Assembly (NCBI GenBank): GCA_948648655.1
Contig: CAPKVJ010000004.1
Span: 4,832 to 68,831 of the forward strand
DNA: 64,000 nucleotides
From: an uncultured Candidatus Saccharibacteria bacterium
GTDB taxonomy: Bacteria > Patescibacteriota > Saccharimonadia > Saccharimonadales > Saccharimonadaceae
Reading direction: 5' to 3'
Position numbers and translations under genes: made by a program. Below, in pieces: positions 1 to 10,254 of the stretch. A model generated the notes under the pieces. The model did not search any database and was not told where the DNA came from. It worked only from the letters and a program-made list of their open reading frames with translations. Within the stretch, counting starts at the first letter, position 1. Every line of letters starts with the position of its first letter.

Positions 1-291
1 GCCTGCGCTGTTGCTCAGCTGTTTGTAATGCCGTGCCCACTGCTCTTTCAGTTTGGCTGCCTGCCGATCGAGAATGGTATTGATTTCCTGCAGGGTTTCC
101 GAGTCGTACTCCTCGAATGTCTGGACGAAATCGATGCCCGTACGGTCCGTTTTGAACACATAAAGCTCGATTACATCGTCACACAGACAGATCGTGCACA
201 TTAAATATTTAGTACGGTCTACTGCGTCCAAATACTTTTTGAAGAGTTCGGGATTTTCTCTCATGACGAGAAATTTTTTAGTTTCTGCCAT
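1..291 (-). CDS. Hypothetical protein, 5' part only (runs off window start)
   Basis: ATG at 291 preceded by AAAGGAGA SD; open frame MAETKKFLVMRENPELFKKY... to position 1; sigma70-like promoter at ~459-488. Confidence 0.6.
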   Translation of the reverse strand, partial: MAETKKFLVMRENPELFKKYLDAVDRTKYLMCTICLCDDVIELYVFKTDRTGIDFVQTFEEYDSETLQEINTILDRQAAKLKEQWARHYKQLSNSAG

Positions 292-622
292 TTTGTCTCC
301 TTTAGATTTTGAGCCTCACGGCTATAGAATTTGCTATCATTGATAGCGGTAGAATTACCACGAGATAACCCTGCCGCCATCAATGATTGAATGACAAAAA
401 CCAACTACTCACTAATTATCAGAGGTACATGAGCACAAATTAGTCCTCACACTTCCATTTTATCATAGACAGTTACTTTTGTCAATGCTTTTAGCATAAA
501 GTGTCGAGTGGTAGAGCATATTCACACTAAAAAAATTATCCCTTAAAATGCCCCCCCCCCCCGTTAGATTTTGTTTAATAAAATGCTTGCGGGGTACGAG
601 CTAGTAGTATATAATTAAGCCT

Positions 623-2410
623 ATGACGGAAGACACAAAGAAACCAAAAACCGTATCCCGGACCCTGCATTATTATTGGCAAGAAGTGGTCAAGTATAAA
701 TGGTATGCCCTGGGGACGGTGGTTTTGACGCCGGTAGTGATTTTTATTAGGGCGATTTTGGCACCGTTGGTTTTTGCTGATTTAATCGAAAAGGTTTCGC
801 TAGGTCTATCTCTGAACGAATTATTGCAACAGACGCTCCTAGAAGTGGTTGGATTTTTTGTAATTTATACGATTAGTAAGCTGGTTTTTGAAGAGTTACG
901 GCTATATTGGTGTTGGAAAATGCAGCTCCTAGCGATTTATGACCTCGCCAGCAAGTGTTTCAATACAGTTAGTGAGCAATCGATGCAATTTCACAGTGAT
1001 AGGTTTTCTGGTTCCCTAGTCTCGCAAACGAATAAGTTTGTCTGGGCGTTTGAGAGGCTAACGGATGTGTTTATCTGGGATCTTTTGCCAATGCTGATTT
1101 TGATTGTGATGGTGGTAATTATCTTGCTGTCGCAAGTGCCGTGGTTCGCGTTGGGAGTGATCATTTTTACGATTATTTATGCACTAATTTCTTGGTTGTC
1201 TTTTCGTAAAATTTCACATCTAAACAACGAGGAAGCAGCGGCCGAATCGAAACAGACTGGGCAACTGGCAGATTCGATTACAAATATTATCTCGGTCAAA
1301 TCCTATGCTGGTGAGGCGCATGAGCGCAAGCGTTATGCGGAATTTTCACGCAAAACGATGCACGCGGGCATGGGACTAATGCGAGCGACGATTACACGCG
1401 ACATTATGTTTAACTGTATCCAGCTAGGGATTACGGCATTAATTTTGATATTTCTAATTGCTGGGCAGACTTGGCTAGGAATTTCGATTGCGACACTAGT
1501 GCTAATTGTGAACTATGCGCAGTCAATTCAGGGGGAGCTTTGGAGCATCAACTCGATTCTGAAGAATTTTAACCGGGTGTTTGGCGATGCGTATGATATG
1601 ACCTTGATTTTAGACACAGTGGATGATGTAGTGGATGCAAAAGACGCCGTGCCGCTTGAGATGAAAACGGCAGGTGTGGATTTTAACGGAATTAGCTTCA
1701 AGCATAAGGATGCGAAAGAAGCGATTTTTGAGAATTTCAACCTCAATGTACAGCCGGGAGAACGGATCGGATTGGTCGGAGTATCGGGGAGCGGCAAGAC
1801 GACGCTAACGAAGCTACTGCTGCGATTTGCGGATGTGGACAAGGGCGCAATCTTGGTATCAGGGCAAGATATTAAAAACGTAACCCAGCAGAGTTTACGC
1901 GAGAATGTAGCCTATGTACCGCAAGAAACTTCACTATTTCATCGTAGTATTGCGGAAAATATCGCTTATGGTAAACCTGACGCGACGTTGAAAGAAATTG
2001 TTTGGGCGGCGAAACAGGCAAATGCGGATGAGTTTATTAAAGATTTGCCGCAAGGTTATGATACGTTGGTCGGTGAACGTGGGATTAAACTATCCGGTGG
2101 TCAGAGACAGCGGATAGCGATTGCTCGAGCAATCCTCAAAAATGCTCCGATTTTGGTCTTGGATGAGGCGACATCAGCCCTCGACTCGGAAAGCGAGGTT
2201 CTGATTCAAGATGCACTAGAAAAGTTGATGCGCGGGCGGACAAGCATTGTGATTGCGCACCGTTTGTCGACGGTGGCGGGCCTTGACCGAATTGTAGTGC
2301 TTGAAAATGGCAAGATCGTCGAACAAGGTAGTCATGAAGAGTTACTACATAAGGATAGTGGGGTTTATAAGCACCTTTGGGATCGACAGAGTGGTGCGTT
2401 TATGGAATAA
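623..2410 (+). CDS. ABC transporter, fused permease/ATP-binding (MsbA-like exporter)
   Basis: N-terminal TM domain; Walker A GVSGSGKT, signature LSGGQRQR, Walker B ILVLDEATS. Confidence 0.95.
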   Translation: MTEDTKKPKTVSRTLHYYWQEVVKYKWYALGTVVLTPVVIFIRAILAPLVFADLIEKVSLGLSLNELLQQTLLEVVGFFVIYTISKLVFEELRLYWCWKMQLLAIYDLASKCFNTVSEQSMQFHSDRFSGSLVSQTNKFVWAFERLTDVFIWDLLPMLILIVMVVIILLSQVPWFALGVIIFTIIYALISWLSFRKISHLNNEEAAAESKQTGQLADSITNIISVKSYAGEAHERKRYAEFSRKTMHAGMGLMRATITRDIMFNCIQLGITALILIFLIAGQTWLGISIATLVLIVNYAQSIQGELWSINSILKNFNRVFGDAYDMTLILDTVDDVVDAKDAVPLEMKTAGVDFNGISFKHKDAKEAIFENFNLNVQPGERIGLVGVSGSGKTTLTKLLLRFADVDKGAILVSGQDIKNVTQQSLRENVAYVPQETSLFHRSIAENIAYGKPDATLKEIVWAAKQANADEFIKDLPQGYDTLVGERGIKLSGGQRQRIAIARAILKNAPILVLDEATSALDSESEVLIQDALEKLMRGRTSIVIAHRLSTVAGLDRIVVLENGKIVEQGSHEELLHKDSGVYKHLWDRQSGAFME

Positions 2411-2844
2411 AAGTAGAAGTGAAAAACAAACACATAAGATTTCTATTAACACTATTAGTAAGTCTACCGATATGTTGCGGGTTGGTCTATATAGCGACGG
2501 CTCGTACGACCGTAAAGCGTGAGTTTGGGTTACTGGAACTAGTGCTAGTAATCGCGTCGAGCATTGCTCTAGCGTGGTCGAGTACACGCAAAAGGCGTCA
2601 AAAAGGGTTCCATGACTGGGAGAGCTGGAAGGATCAACAGCACGAACGTGCAGAATATCGGAGTCAGTTCATGAATGTGCTATTTGTACTCCTGGCGGTC
2701 GGTTTCGTGCTGGCGGCTATAGCTGATTGGATGCTAGATTTTGACCCGAACTCTGATGGTGGTATGTATATACTGTTCGCCGGGATTGCGATCGTATTTC
2801 TTGGAGTTAATGTTGGTGTCTCGAAATTAATAAAAAAGAAGTGA
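2377..2844 (+). CDS. Hypothetical membrane protein (start uncertain)
   Basis: About four hydrophobic segments; directly follows the ABC gene. Confidence 0.6.
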   Translation: MGSTEWCVYGIKVEVKNKHIRFLLTLLVSLPICCGLVYIATARTTVKREFGLLELVLVIASSIALAWSSTRKRRQKGFHDWESWKDQQHERAEYRSQFMNVLFVLLAVGFVLAAIADWMLDFDPNSDGGMYILFAGIAIVFLGVNVGVSKLIKKK

Positions 2845-2877
2845 TGAGAGACCACTTCTTTTTTATTAATTTCGAGC

Positions 2878-3408
2878 TTACTGATTGTTCCAGCGGGCGA
2901 TGGCGTCTTTGATGACTTGCTTCGCTTCGTCGATGCCGGCAAATTCTTTGACGTTGGTAGTACCAGGCTTCTTCAAATCTTTGTAGTGATTGAAATGGAA
3001 TTCGATTTGTTCGATTAGACGCTTTGGCAAATCTTCCAAACTCTTGATAGCATCACCATTATTGCGGTCGTCAGCTGGTACAGCGATGATCTTGTCATCG
3101 ACTTCGCCGTCATCGACAAATTTCATCACACCGAGCACGCGGGCTTTGGTATAGATGCCAGTGGTCAATGGTTGGTCGGTAATCAACAAAACATCGAGTT
3201 CGTCACCGTCTTCGTCAAGCGTCTGCGGGATGAAACCGTAATTGGTTGGCTTGGCAAAAGCAATCGGCTCAATACGATCAAGCATAAAGCAAGCGTTCTT
3301 GCGATCCCATTCAATTTTGTGATTTGAGCCCGTAGGGATCTCGACGACGACATTGATTTCGTTATTTTCGTAATCACCTGGCGTGAGAATTTTATTAAAA
3401 TCTGCCAT
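2878..3408 (-). CDS. ppa: Inorganic pyrophosphatase (family I)
   Basis: YGFIPQTLDEDGDELD motif; DDGEVDDKII. Confidence 0.95.
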   Translation of the reverse strand: MADFNKILTPGDYENNEINVVVEIPTGSNHKIEWDRKNACFMLDRIEPIAFAKPTNYGFIPQTLDEDGDELDVLLITDQPLTTGIYTKARVLGVMKFVDDGEVDDKIIAVPADDRNNGDAIKSLEDLPKRLIEQIEFHFNHYKDLKKPGTTNVKEFAGIDEAKQVIKDAIARWNNQ

Positions 3409-3461
3409 AAAAAACTCCTTGTTTATGTAGATAATTATAGCATGAAAAAATGCCTCAAGTC

Positions 3462-3926
3462 TTACTTATGAGGCATTTTGTTTTCCGAAGGTGCTGATTG
3501 CTTTGCTGGACGCGGGTAGATAAAACGTTCGACGACCTCTAGGCAGACAATTGTAATCGTGTGACAGGCGATAATGATCCCCCAAAGAAGGGGGAGGGAC
3601 AAAGCCACGTTGTGCCGATTGATGAACACAAATATAATGTAGCTAGAGACAATGCCTATGGAGGTAGGGTTAGTATGTGAGCTTGCAAAAATCTCACCTA
3701 ATGTCTCGTTTTTGCGCAGGTCAACTTCATAGCGCACGCCACGCAAGATATAGCAGATATAATAGTAGAGCGAAAACGCTACTAATACTGCTGCGCCAAT
3801 GGCACCGTGAATCGTTTGTACATGAGCTGGAACAAAAAGTATAAATATAAGTCCCGACATTATGCTCACACCAGAGATAAACAGCAATCCAATTATGATA
3901 AAGGGGTGGTTTTTGAGGAATTTCAT
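3462..3926 (-). CDS. Hypothetical membrane protein
   Basis: Four hydrophobic segments; AGGAGG SD upstream. Confidence 0.7.
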   Translation of the reverse strand: MKFLKNHPFIIIGLLFISGVSIMSGLIFILFVPAHVQTIHGAIGAAVLVAFSLYYYICYILRGVRYEVDLRKNETLGEIFASSHTNPTSIGIVSSYIIFVFINRHNVALSLPLLWGIIIACHTITIVCLEVVERFIYPRPAKQSAPSENKMPHK

Positions 3927-4082
3927 AGGAATTCCCTCCTTTCTTAAGGTCCGAAATGTCTAGTTACATTTATTTACTGGCTTCTATTCTACACAAAGTG
4001 TATCAGAAAGCGGGGATTTGGCAATCCTTGCTTCCGTTATAACGCAGATTAGTGGAAAAGTCAAAGCGGGTGGCAGTCGGCA

Positions 4083-4574
4083 ATGCTGTATAGCGAGGAA
4101 GTCTGTCTAGGGGTGGGATTATTTCGGATAGTAGTGTATAATACGTTTATAACAAATAAAGTGGGTTTCAAAAAACACTCGACAAAGGCTTTTATTTCGT
4201 CACTATTAGTATCCTATGCTGTTGACGCTATATTAATCTTTTTAGAGTATCGGGATTTGGTTTGGTTAGATATTACAGCTAGTGCCGCTGGTTTTTATGC
4301 CTTTTACTATTTATTGGAGTATCGTATTTTAATTATCATCGCCACCTTGACGGCGGTTTTGGCTACTATTATGGCTAACAGTATGACGCAGCGATTTTTA
4401 GCAATCTATTCCATCATACTTAATGTTTTGTTAATTTTGCCTCTGCAAATTCTAATTTATTCTGTACCTCAAGAGGTGTCAGTAATCTGTATTCTGATAC
4501 TTGCTGTACCTATTATTGCTTGTCTTTGCTATAAAAAGTTTAGTTCCAAGAGAAGTCCAGATTCTCTCAGCTGA
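4083..4574 (+). CDS. Hypothetical membrane protein (start uncertain)
   Basis: Very hydrophobic ORF filling an intergenic gap; no recognisable family. Confidence 0.45.
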   Translation: MLYSEEVCLGVGLFRIVVYNTFITNKVGFKKHSTKAFISSLLVSYAVDAILIFLEYRDLVWLDITASAAGFYAFYYLLEYRILIIIATLTAVLATIMANSMTQRFLAIYSIILNVLLILPLQILIYSVPQEVSVICILILAVPIIACLCYKKFSSKRSPDSLS

Positions 4575-4647
4575 TCTACATACTTTCATTGTAGCACAGA
4601 TTGTAGTAAAAGTCAATACCTTTTATGCTTTTCTGGAAAAATGCAAC

Positions 4648-5859
4648 CTATTTAGCGTTGTGATTATAGGGCTTTTGGTTAGGGTCTTGGAAGATTTTTT
4701 CGTCTTTGATATCGTCGGGGAGATAATTCTTGTCAAGGTGGAAGCCAGCTTCCCACTTCTGGCCCTTGCCAAAACCAAGATCTTTCATGAGTTTGGTAGG
4801 CGCATTACGCAGCCAAGTCGGAACTGGACAACCCATGCTTTTTCGAGCTAGGCTTTGGGCACGGGCCCAGCCATTGTAGGTGTCGCGATTTTTCTTGGCT
4901 TTGGCGAGGACAACGGCGACATGGCTCAAGATAATACCACCTTCGGGCATGCCGACACGCTCAATTGCCTGAAAACAACTAACAGCGAGATTGAGGGCAC
5001 CATTGCCGGCAAGACCGATGTCTTCGGAGGCAAAAATGACCATACGGCGAGCGATGAATTTCGGATCTTCGCCACTCTCGACCATGCGGGCGAGGTAGTA
5101 AAGCGTAGCGTCGACGTCGGAACCGCGCATGGATTTGATGAAGGCGGAAATGTTGTCGTAATGATAGTCGCCGGATTTGTCGTAGAGGGGCATTTTTTTG
5201 CCGACGGCAGTCTCGATGACGTCACGGTCGACCTTTTTGGCAATACTTAAAGAAAGCTCAAGGTCGCCCAGCGCCGAGCGCGCATCGCCGCCAGAGAGAT
5301 CGGCGAGATAATCTAGAGCTTCGTCCGTGACACGCTTTTCAGCCTTTTCGGCTACTAGCGCTCGGCGCAACACCGTCATAATGCTAGGTTTTGACAGAGG
5401 CGCGACGACCACTACACGCGAACGCGAAAGTAGCGGCGAAATGACTTCAAAGCTAGGATTCTCGGTCGTCGCGCCGATGAGGATGATGAGACCCGACTCA
5501 ACATGAGGCAAAAATGCGTCCTGCTGCGCCTTATTAAACCGGTGAATTTCATCTACAAAAAGCACTGTGCGGATTTTTAGATTCCAGTTCGTCCGTGCGC
5601 GCTCGACAACTTCTTCAATATCTTTCTTCCCAGCTGTTACCGCCGAGAGTTCTACGAAATCAGCCTTGTATTCTTTGGCTAAAATTCGTGCAAGAGTAGT
5701 CTTCCCCGTGCCGGGAGGTCCCCAAAAAATTAGATTCACTGGCTCGGCTTTTTTGACAATTTCTGTCAAAATTTTGCCCGGACCGATAATTTCATCCTGG
5801 CCAACCACCTCCGACAAACTCTGCGGACGCATACGCTCCGCGAGGGGGACTCTGTTCAT
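4648..5859 (-). CDS. rarA: Replication-associated recombination protein A (MgsA/RarA AAA+ ATPase)
   Basis: PLAERMRP, GPPGTGKTT, FVDEIHRFNKAQQD, SAFIKSMRGSD; start moved to ATG 5859, just after a TATAAT. Confidence 0.95.
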   Translation of the reverse strand: MNRVPLAERMRPQSLSEVVGQDEIIGPGKILTEIVKKAEPVNLIFWGPPGTGKTTLARILAKEYKADFVELSAVTAGKKDIEEVVERARTNWNLKIRTVLFVDEIHRFNKAQQDAFLPHVESGLIILIGATTENPSFEVISPLLSRSRVVVVAPLSKPSIMTVLRRALVAEKAEKRVTDEALDYLADLSGGDARSALGDLELSLSIAKKVDRDVIETAVGKKMPLYDKSGDYHYDNISAFIKSMRGSDVDATLYYLARMVESGEDPKFIARRMVIFASEDIGLAGNGALNLAVSCFQAIERVGMPEGGIILSHVAVVLAKAKKNRDTYNGWARAQSLARKSMGCPVPTWLRNAPTKLMKDLGFGKGQKWEAGFHLDKNYLPDDIKDEKIFQDPNQKPYNHNAK

Positions 5860-6234
5860 GGATATATTATAACAGAAAACGTCGTACCATATTATGATAC
5901 GACGTTCGATACTAAACACATAAAAATCAACTTTTAGAGGAAACAAACTCGTCCCATGCTTTCTGCTCATTCCGCTGCTTGCTAAACCATTTTACCAATT
6001 CCGGTCGCTGACGTTCGGTAATTGGGACAAGGTAAGTGACGATTACCGCCCTACTGCCTACGTATTTCCAGTCTCCAATAGTATTCTGGGGTGCTACGAA
6101 TGAATCCTCCTCGCCGGCATCTATCGTGATACTGATAATCGCGGCATTTGCATCTTTGTCTTCAGGCGGCAAGGGCTCAAAATAGTAAGTTTTTCGCTTA
6201 CCAGCAGCAAATTGTCAATGAGTTTGTAGAGAAA

Positions 6235-6912
6235 TTAGCTATATTGTCGAGACAATAATTCAAGCTGCGGGAGTAGGTCTTCGTATTGATTAACTTTTGT
6301 TGCCCAGAGTAGCGGATTTGCGACCAAAAAACGGGCAAATTTAATTTCATCAGCACCAATCGGGCCACGATCGTCAGGGCGTAGTGCGGCTTCGGTCGTA
6401 TCCCAGACATAACGACTGGTCGGATCAAGATTATTGCCATAAATATCGCAAACTAGGTTAAGTTCTTCACCGCAGATTCGGGCGAGATTGAGGAGAAACC
6501 AAGTCTCGACAAGCGATAAAGACAATCCTTGATTGAGACCTTTCAGGGATTGTTCGAGTAAAGAAAAATGCTCCGGGCTACTAATTTGTTCGGTGGTACT
6601 ACCCAGTTTCTTGAGAAAATTACTTGCGAGTTCGAGTCGCGTCAGGTCAGTCATAATATTATTATAAAACTGCAACATTTTGGCACTTGTCAATACGCCC
6701 AAATCGCCGCGTCCACGATGGATTACGACATCGGCGACCGAGAAAAGCTCAATCGCTCCAGCAAGACGGGATTTTTCTTTGCGTACGCCTCGCGCTATGA
6801 CAGAAATCTTACCTTCTGGAGTCAGAAGATTGAGAATACGGTCGGATTCACCATATTTGGTACGTCGGAGGACAATAGCGTGAGTGCGAAGATCAGTCGG
6901 CATTTGATTCAA
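6235..6912 (-). CDS. recO: DNA repair protein RecO
   Basis: AIVLRRTKYGESDRIL...GKISVIARGVRKEKSRL N-terminal OB-fold motif. Confidence 0.9.
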   Translation of the reverse strand: MNQMPTDLRTHAIVLRRTKYGESDRILNLLTPEGKISVIARGVRKEKSRLAGAIELFSVADVVIHRGRGDLGVLTSAKMLQFYNNIMTDLTRLELASNFLKKLGSTTEQISSPEHFSLLEQSLKGLNQGLSLSLVETWFLLNLARICGEELNLVCDIYGNNLDPTSRYVWDTTEAALRPDDRGPIGADEIKFARFLVANPLLWATKVNQYEDLLPQLELLSRQYS

Positions 6913-7354
6913 GATATTGATTCAATTCGGCAAGGTTGGACGGTGGTGTCGCTGGTGTCTTGCTAGAGGTAAGGCTTTTAATAATTGCTTCGTTAATGTC
7001 TTCAGGAGTCATTGTAGCTTTGTCTAGGGTTTGGCGCACTCCGTAGTGCTCAAGATTGCGGTGCGACAAATCAAGCGTAGAGATTAAAATCACTGGTATT
7101 TTGGCGGTATCAGTATAGGAAATCATCTCATTAAGAAAAGTAAAGCCATCTGGTCCGCTTAATAATACATCAAGCAAAATCAAATCTGGCAGTTCTTCAC
7201 GTACGGCGTTCATTGCAGATACAGCATCATTAAATACTTCAATGACTGGTTGCTCGGTCTTGCCACCCAGCGTAGGAATTTGGGTAGTTTGTGCGGCGAG
7301 ACCAATCACGTCAGCCATGATTGGTTCATCTTCTATGATGTAAATTTTTGTCAT
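6893..7354 (-). CDS. Single-domain response regulator (receiver)
   Basis: IYIIEDE, PDLILLDVLLSGPDG, IPVILIS. Confidence 0.85.
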   Translation of the reverse strand: MTKIYIIEDEPIMADVIGLAAQTTQIPTLGGKTEQPVIEVFNDAVSAMNAVREELPDLILLDVLLSGPDGFTFLNEMISYTDTAKIPVILISTLDLSHRNLEHYGVRQTLDKATMTPEDINEAIIKSLTSSKTPATPPSNLAELNQYLESNAD

Positions 7355-7364
7355 GTAATCCTTT

Positions 7365-8054
7365 CTATGAAATTAATGATAATTGGCGAGATGCAATCAA
7401 ATCGACAAAAAAGCTCGTACCGTCACGATGGCGGATGGCACCGAGTTTGGCATGCATATGATGCGCAAAATTGGAGGCGATATAGATGCCCAGTCCAGAA
7501 CTGCCTGGTCGCATGGAGATTGCGGTCGGTTGGTCAAGCGCGCCACGTTCTAGATCGCGATAGATTTCTATCGGCAAAGCCGGACCATAATCACGGACGG
7601 CAATGCGGATTTTGCCTTGATGGTCAGAGACATTGAGATAGCTACAACTTTGACTTTCGGAATAACGCAAAGCATTCGTGCAAAAATTATAAATAATACT
7701 ATAAAGTAACTCACGGTTTGCAGAAGCGAGACGGGACTTGTTGGTGTAGGAAGCTTGGATTTTGCACTGCTCGACCTGGAAAAGTGGCGTCAGCTCGCGC
7801 AGAACACTATCGCAGACCCCGCGCACACCGACTGGTTCCGTCACAAAAAAGCTGTCCTCAAGGCGTGCCATACGCGTCAGATCATTAACCTGGCGTAGAG
7901 CACGCTCGGACGTCTGGAGAAGCTGATCTCGTAATCGCTGGCGCTGCGACTCATTACTAGTGAGATCGAGGGCAAGCGTCAGCTGGCGCATCAAGCAAAG
8001 CGGAGCCTTCAACTCGTGCGCTGCAACCAAAACCCCATTCACCTCCATTGACAT
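7365..8054 (-). CDS. Cytoplasmic histidine kinase (HisKA + HATPase, no sensor domain)
   Basis: AHELKAPL H-box, NFCTNALRY N-box, DYGP, GSSGLGIYI G-box. Confidence 0.85.
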   Translation of the reverse strand: MSMEVNGVLVAAHELKAPLCLMRQLTLALDLTSNESQRQRLRDQLLQTSERALRQVNDLTRMARLEDSFFVTEPVGVRGVCDSVLRELTPLFQVEQCKIQASYTNKSRLASANRELLYSIIYNFCTNALRYSESQSCSYLNVSDHQGKIRIAVRDYGPALPIEIYRDLERGALDQPTAISMRPGSSGLGIYIASNFAHHMHAKLGAIRHRDGTSFFVDLIASRQLSLIS

Positions 8055-8087
8055 ATATATATTATAGCACGGTTAGGGCGGGATTCA

Positions 8088-8858
8088 CTATTCGACAAAA
8101 GTCACCGTATCGAGCAATTTGAAGAATTCTTCACTAAATAGCATTGCATCAGTCTGTAATAATACCGTCTTGTCGCGCAACTTAAACACCGCTACGATTC
8201 CCTGTAGCTTATTAGGAAGCTCACCGGTATAGACATTCGCAACGACCGAGCCGATATTGCGCGTAGCGACTGTGAGGCCACCCTTGCCGATTAGCCCATC
8301 ATAAGTCTTTGTCACAGTATCAAAAGCCGCATCACGAATTGTGACACGCAAGGCATTGATTGAAGTATTGGAAACCGGTAAAACCTCACCAGGATTTAGA
8401 TAGGCCTCGTAATCACCGCCGTTTACGGCGTCTTTGGCGATATAGATATTCCATGTTTTGGGATATTCAAAACTCAGACTGCCATAATCAGCGGGGCCAG
8501 CAAAACTTTTGTAGGGATACTTTTCCCGCTCGAGAAACTCATTCTCAAGCTTGGTGGTGTTTTCGGATACAGCAACGGCGACTTCAGCACTAATTTGCCC
8601 CTCAACGTCCGTCCGGACATTATCCCACTCGATGTATTTCCAAATAAATAACCCGATAAAAGTTACAGCTATCAAGCTAACTATAATGAGAATGATAGTT
8701 TCGGCCATGCCACCGCGTGTTTTTGTCGCAACCGCTGGTGCACTAGTGCCAACTGGGCCCATAGCCCCCTGTGGAGCTACAGCACCAGGCGCAGGAGGAG
8801 CAAAAGGTTGTGTAGGGGCGGGTTCGACAACACTGCCATAAGAAGATTTGTTTTGCAT
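8088..8858 (-). CDS. Membrane-anchored hypothetical protein
   Basis: Pro/Ala-rich N-terminus, single TM, extracellular domain. Confidence 0.75.
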   Translation of the reverse strand: MQNKSSYGSVVEPAPTQPFAPPAPGAVAPQGAMGPVGTSAPAVATKTRGGMAETIILIIVSLIAVTFIGLFIWKYIEWDNVRTDVEGQISAEVAVAVSENTTKLENEFLEREKYPYKSFAGPADYGSLSFEYPKTWNIYIAKDAVNGGDYEAYLNPGEVLPVSNTSINALRVTIRDAAFDTVTKTYDGLIGKGGLTVATRNIGSVVANVYTGELPNKLQGIVAVFKLRDKTVLLQTDAMLFSEEFFKLLDTVTFVE

Positions 8859-8901
8859 ATGTTTATTATATTACAGCTTCTGGGATTTTGTAAAGATAGC
8901 T

Positions 8902-9111
8902 CTACTCTTTGGTAAAATCGCCTATGACTTCGACTTGGTTTTTAAGAGTGGTGAGATCCTGCTCGATGCCCTTTGCTAGTCGCATGGATTCTTTGTACTT
9001 GTCGAGGGCTTCGTCGAGATTAAACTCGTCGCTATAAAACCATTCGCTGTATTCTGAAAGTTGTTCTATGCGAGATTCTAAGGATTTTTTATTGGTTGCG
9101 TTTTTGGGCAT
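8902..9111 (-). CDS. xseB: Exodeoxyribonuclease VII small subunit
   Basis: LDEALDKYKESMRL pattern; overlaps xseA 3' end. Confidence 0.85.
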   Translation of the reverse strand: MPKNATNKKSLESRIEQLSEYSEWFYSDEFNLDEALDKYKESMRLAKGIEQDLTTLKNQVEVIGDFTKE

Positions 9112-10228
9112 TGGTGACCTCCGCTGTTAAAATTTGTTGATGCGTCGTAATTGAAATTGTCTCTCCGGGTACGAAATTATGAGCTGTCCTTGAATCGGAG
9201 CGCAAAATTGCATAGCCACGTTGCAGCACCGCATTGGGGTCGAAAGAATGTAGAATTTTGACAGTTTCCGACAAAGACTGCAGCTTGAGATCGATATGAT
9301 GCTGGATTTCTTGAAAGTTGTTATTCATCTGGTGATATATTTTATCGCGTACTGTAGTGATTTGATGGTCGAATTCCCGCTGAATTTGGGTTTTAATATT
9401 CATTAGGTGAATATTCATCGCTGATCGATCAGGGACCAGAATTTCGGCGGCGTTAGAGGGCGTGGAAGCGCGAACGTCAGCCGCGAGATCCGCTAGGCTC
9501 TCATCAACTTCGTGGCCGATGCCGGTCAATACCGGTATGCGACTGGTTGCAATTGCACGAACAAGCTGTTCGTCATTAAAGGCGGAGAGGTCGTCAGCAC
9601 TGCCACCACCGCGAAGAATGACAATAACTTCGACTTCACCACGTTGGTTGAAAGCGTCGAGTGCGCGGGTGATTTGTTCTGGAGCGGAAATCCCCTGCAC
9701 TAGTGTATTAATCGTAAATATCTTGATCCCGCCCCAACGATTATCGATGATCTTAAGGAAATCACGGTAGCCAGCGGCAGCAGTGGAAGAAATGACGCCG
9801 ATTTTGGTTAAATCTGAAGGGAGAGGGCGTTTTTTGGTGGGGTCAAAAAGGCCTTCAGCGGTGAGCTTTCGCTTCAGAAGCTCAAAACTTTTCTTGATGT
9901 TCCCTGCGCCGAGTGGTAGCACTTTCTGAACTGTGAGTGAAAACTTGCCCCAACGTGTAAGTTTTGGGATGGCTCGCACTTGGATTTTCATACCATCAGA
10001 GATTGGCGCAGTGAGCTGATTTACGGGCATGAAGCAATTGACAGTAAATTCATCTTCCTTGAGGTCGAAAAAGACCCATTTGCCTTGATTAACTTTGAAA
10101 CTTGCGACTTCGCCTTCAATGATTACGTTAGGAAAAGAATATTCCAGGATTTGGTTACAAACTGCGATAAAACCTGCGACCGTAAAGGTTGGTTCGGAAG
10201 AGGTATTGATAGAATCTATTGCGGACAT
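9089..10228 (-). CDS. xseA: Exodeoxyribonuclease VII large subunit
   Basis: RGGGSADDL, GIGHEVD, RASTPSNAAE motifs. Confidence 0.95.
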   Translation of the reverse strand: MSAIDSINTSSEPTFTVAGFIAVCNQILEYSFPNVIIEGEVASFKVNQGKWVFFDLKEDEFTVNCFMPVNQLTAPISDGMKIQVRAIPKLTRWGKFSLTVQKVLPLGAGNIKKSFELLKRKLTAEGLFDPTKKRPLPSDLTKIGVISSTAAAGYRDFLKIIDNRWGGIKIFTINTLVQGISAPEQITRALDAFNQRGEVEVIVILRGGGSADDLSAFNDEQLVRAIATSRIPVLTGIGHEVDESLADLAADVRASTPSNAAEILVPDRSAMNIHLMNIKTQIQREFDHQITTVRDKIYHQMNNNFQEIQHHIDLKLQSLSETVKILHSFDPNAVLQRGYAILRSDSRTAHNFVPGETISITTHQQILTAEVTNAQKRNQ

Positions 10229-10254
10229 GATAAAACAATCAGACTCCCACAGGC

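Noticed and set aside
5927..6172. 81-aa ORF between rarA and recO
   Set aside because: TTG start without SD and no recognisable motif; could be a gene remnant but is not supportable.
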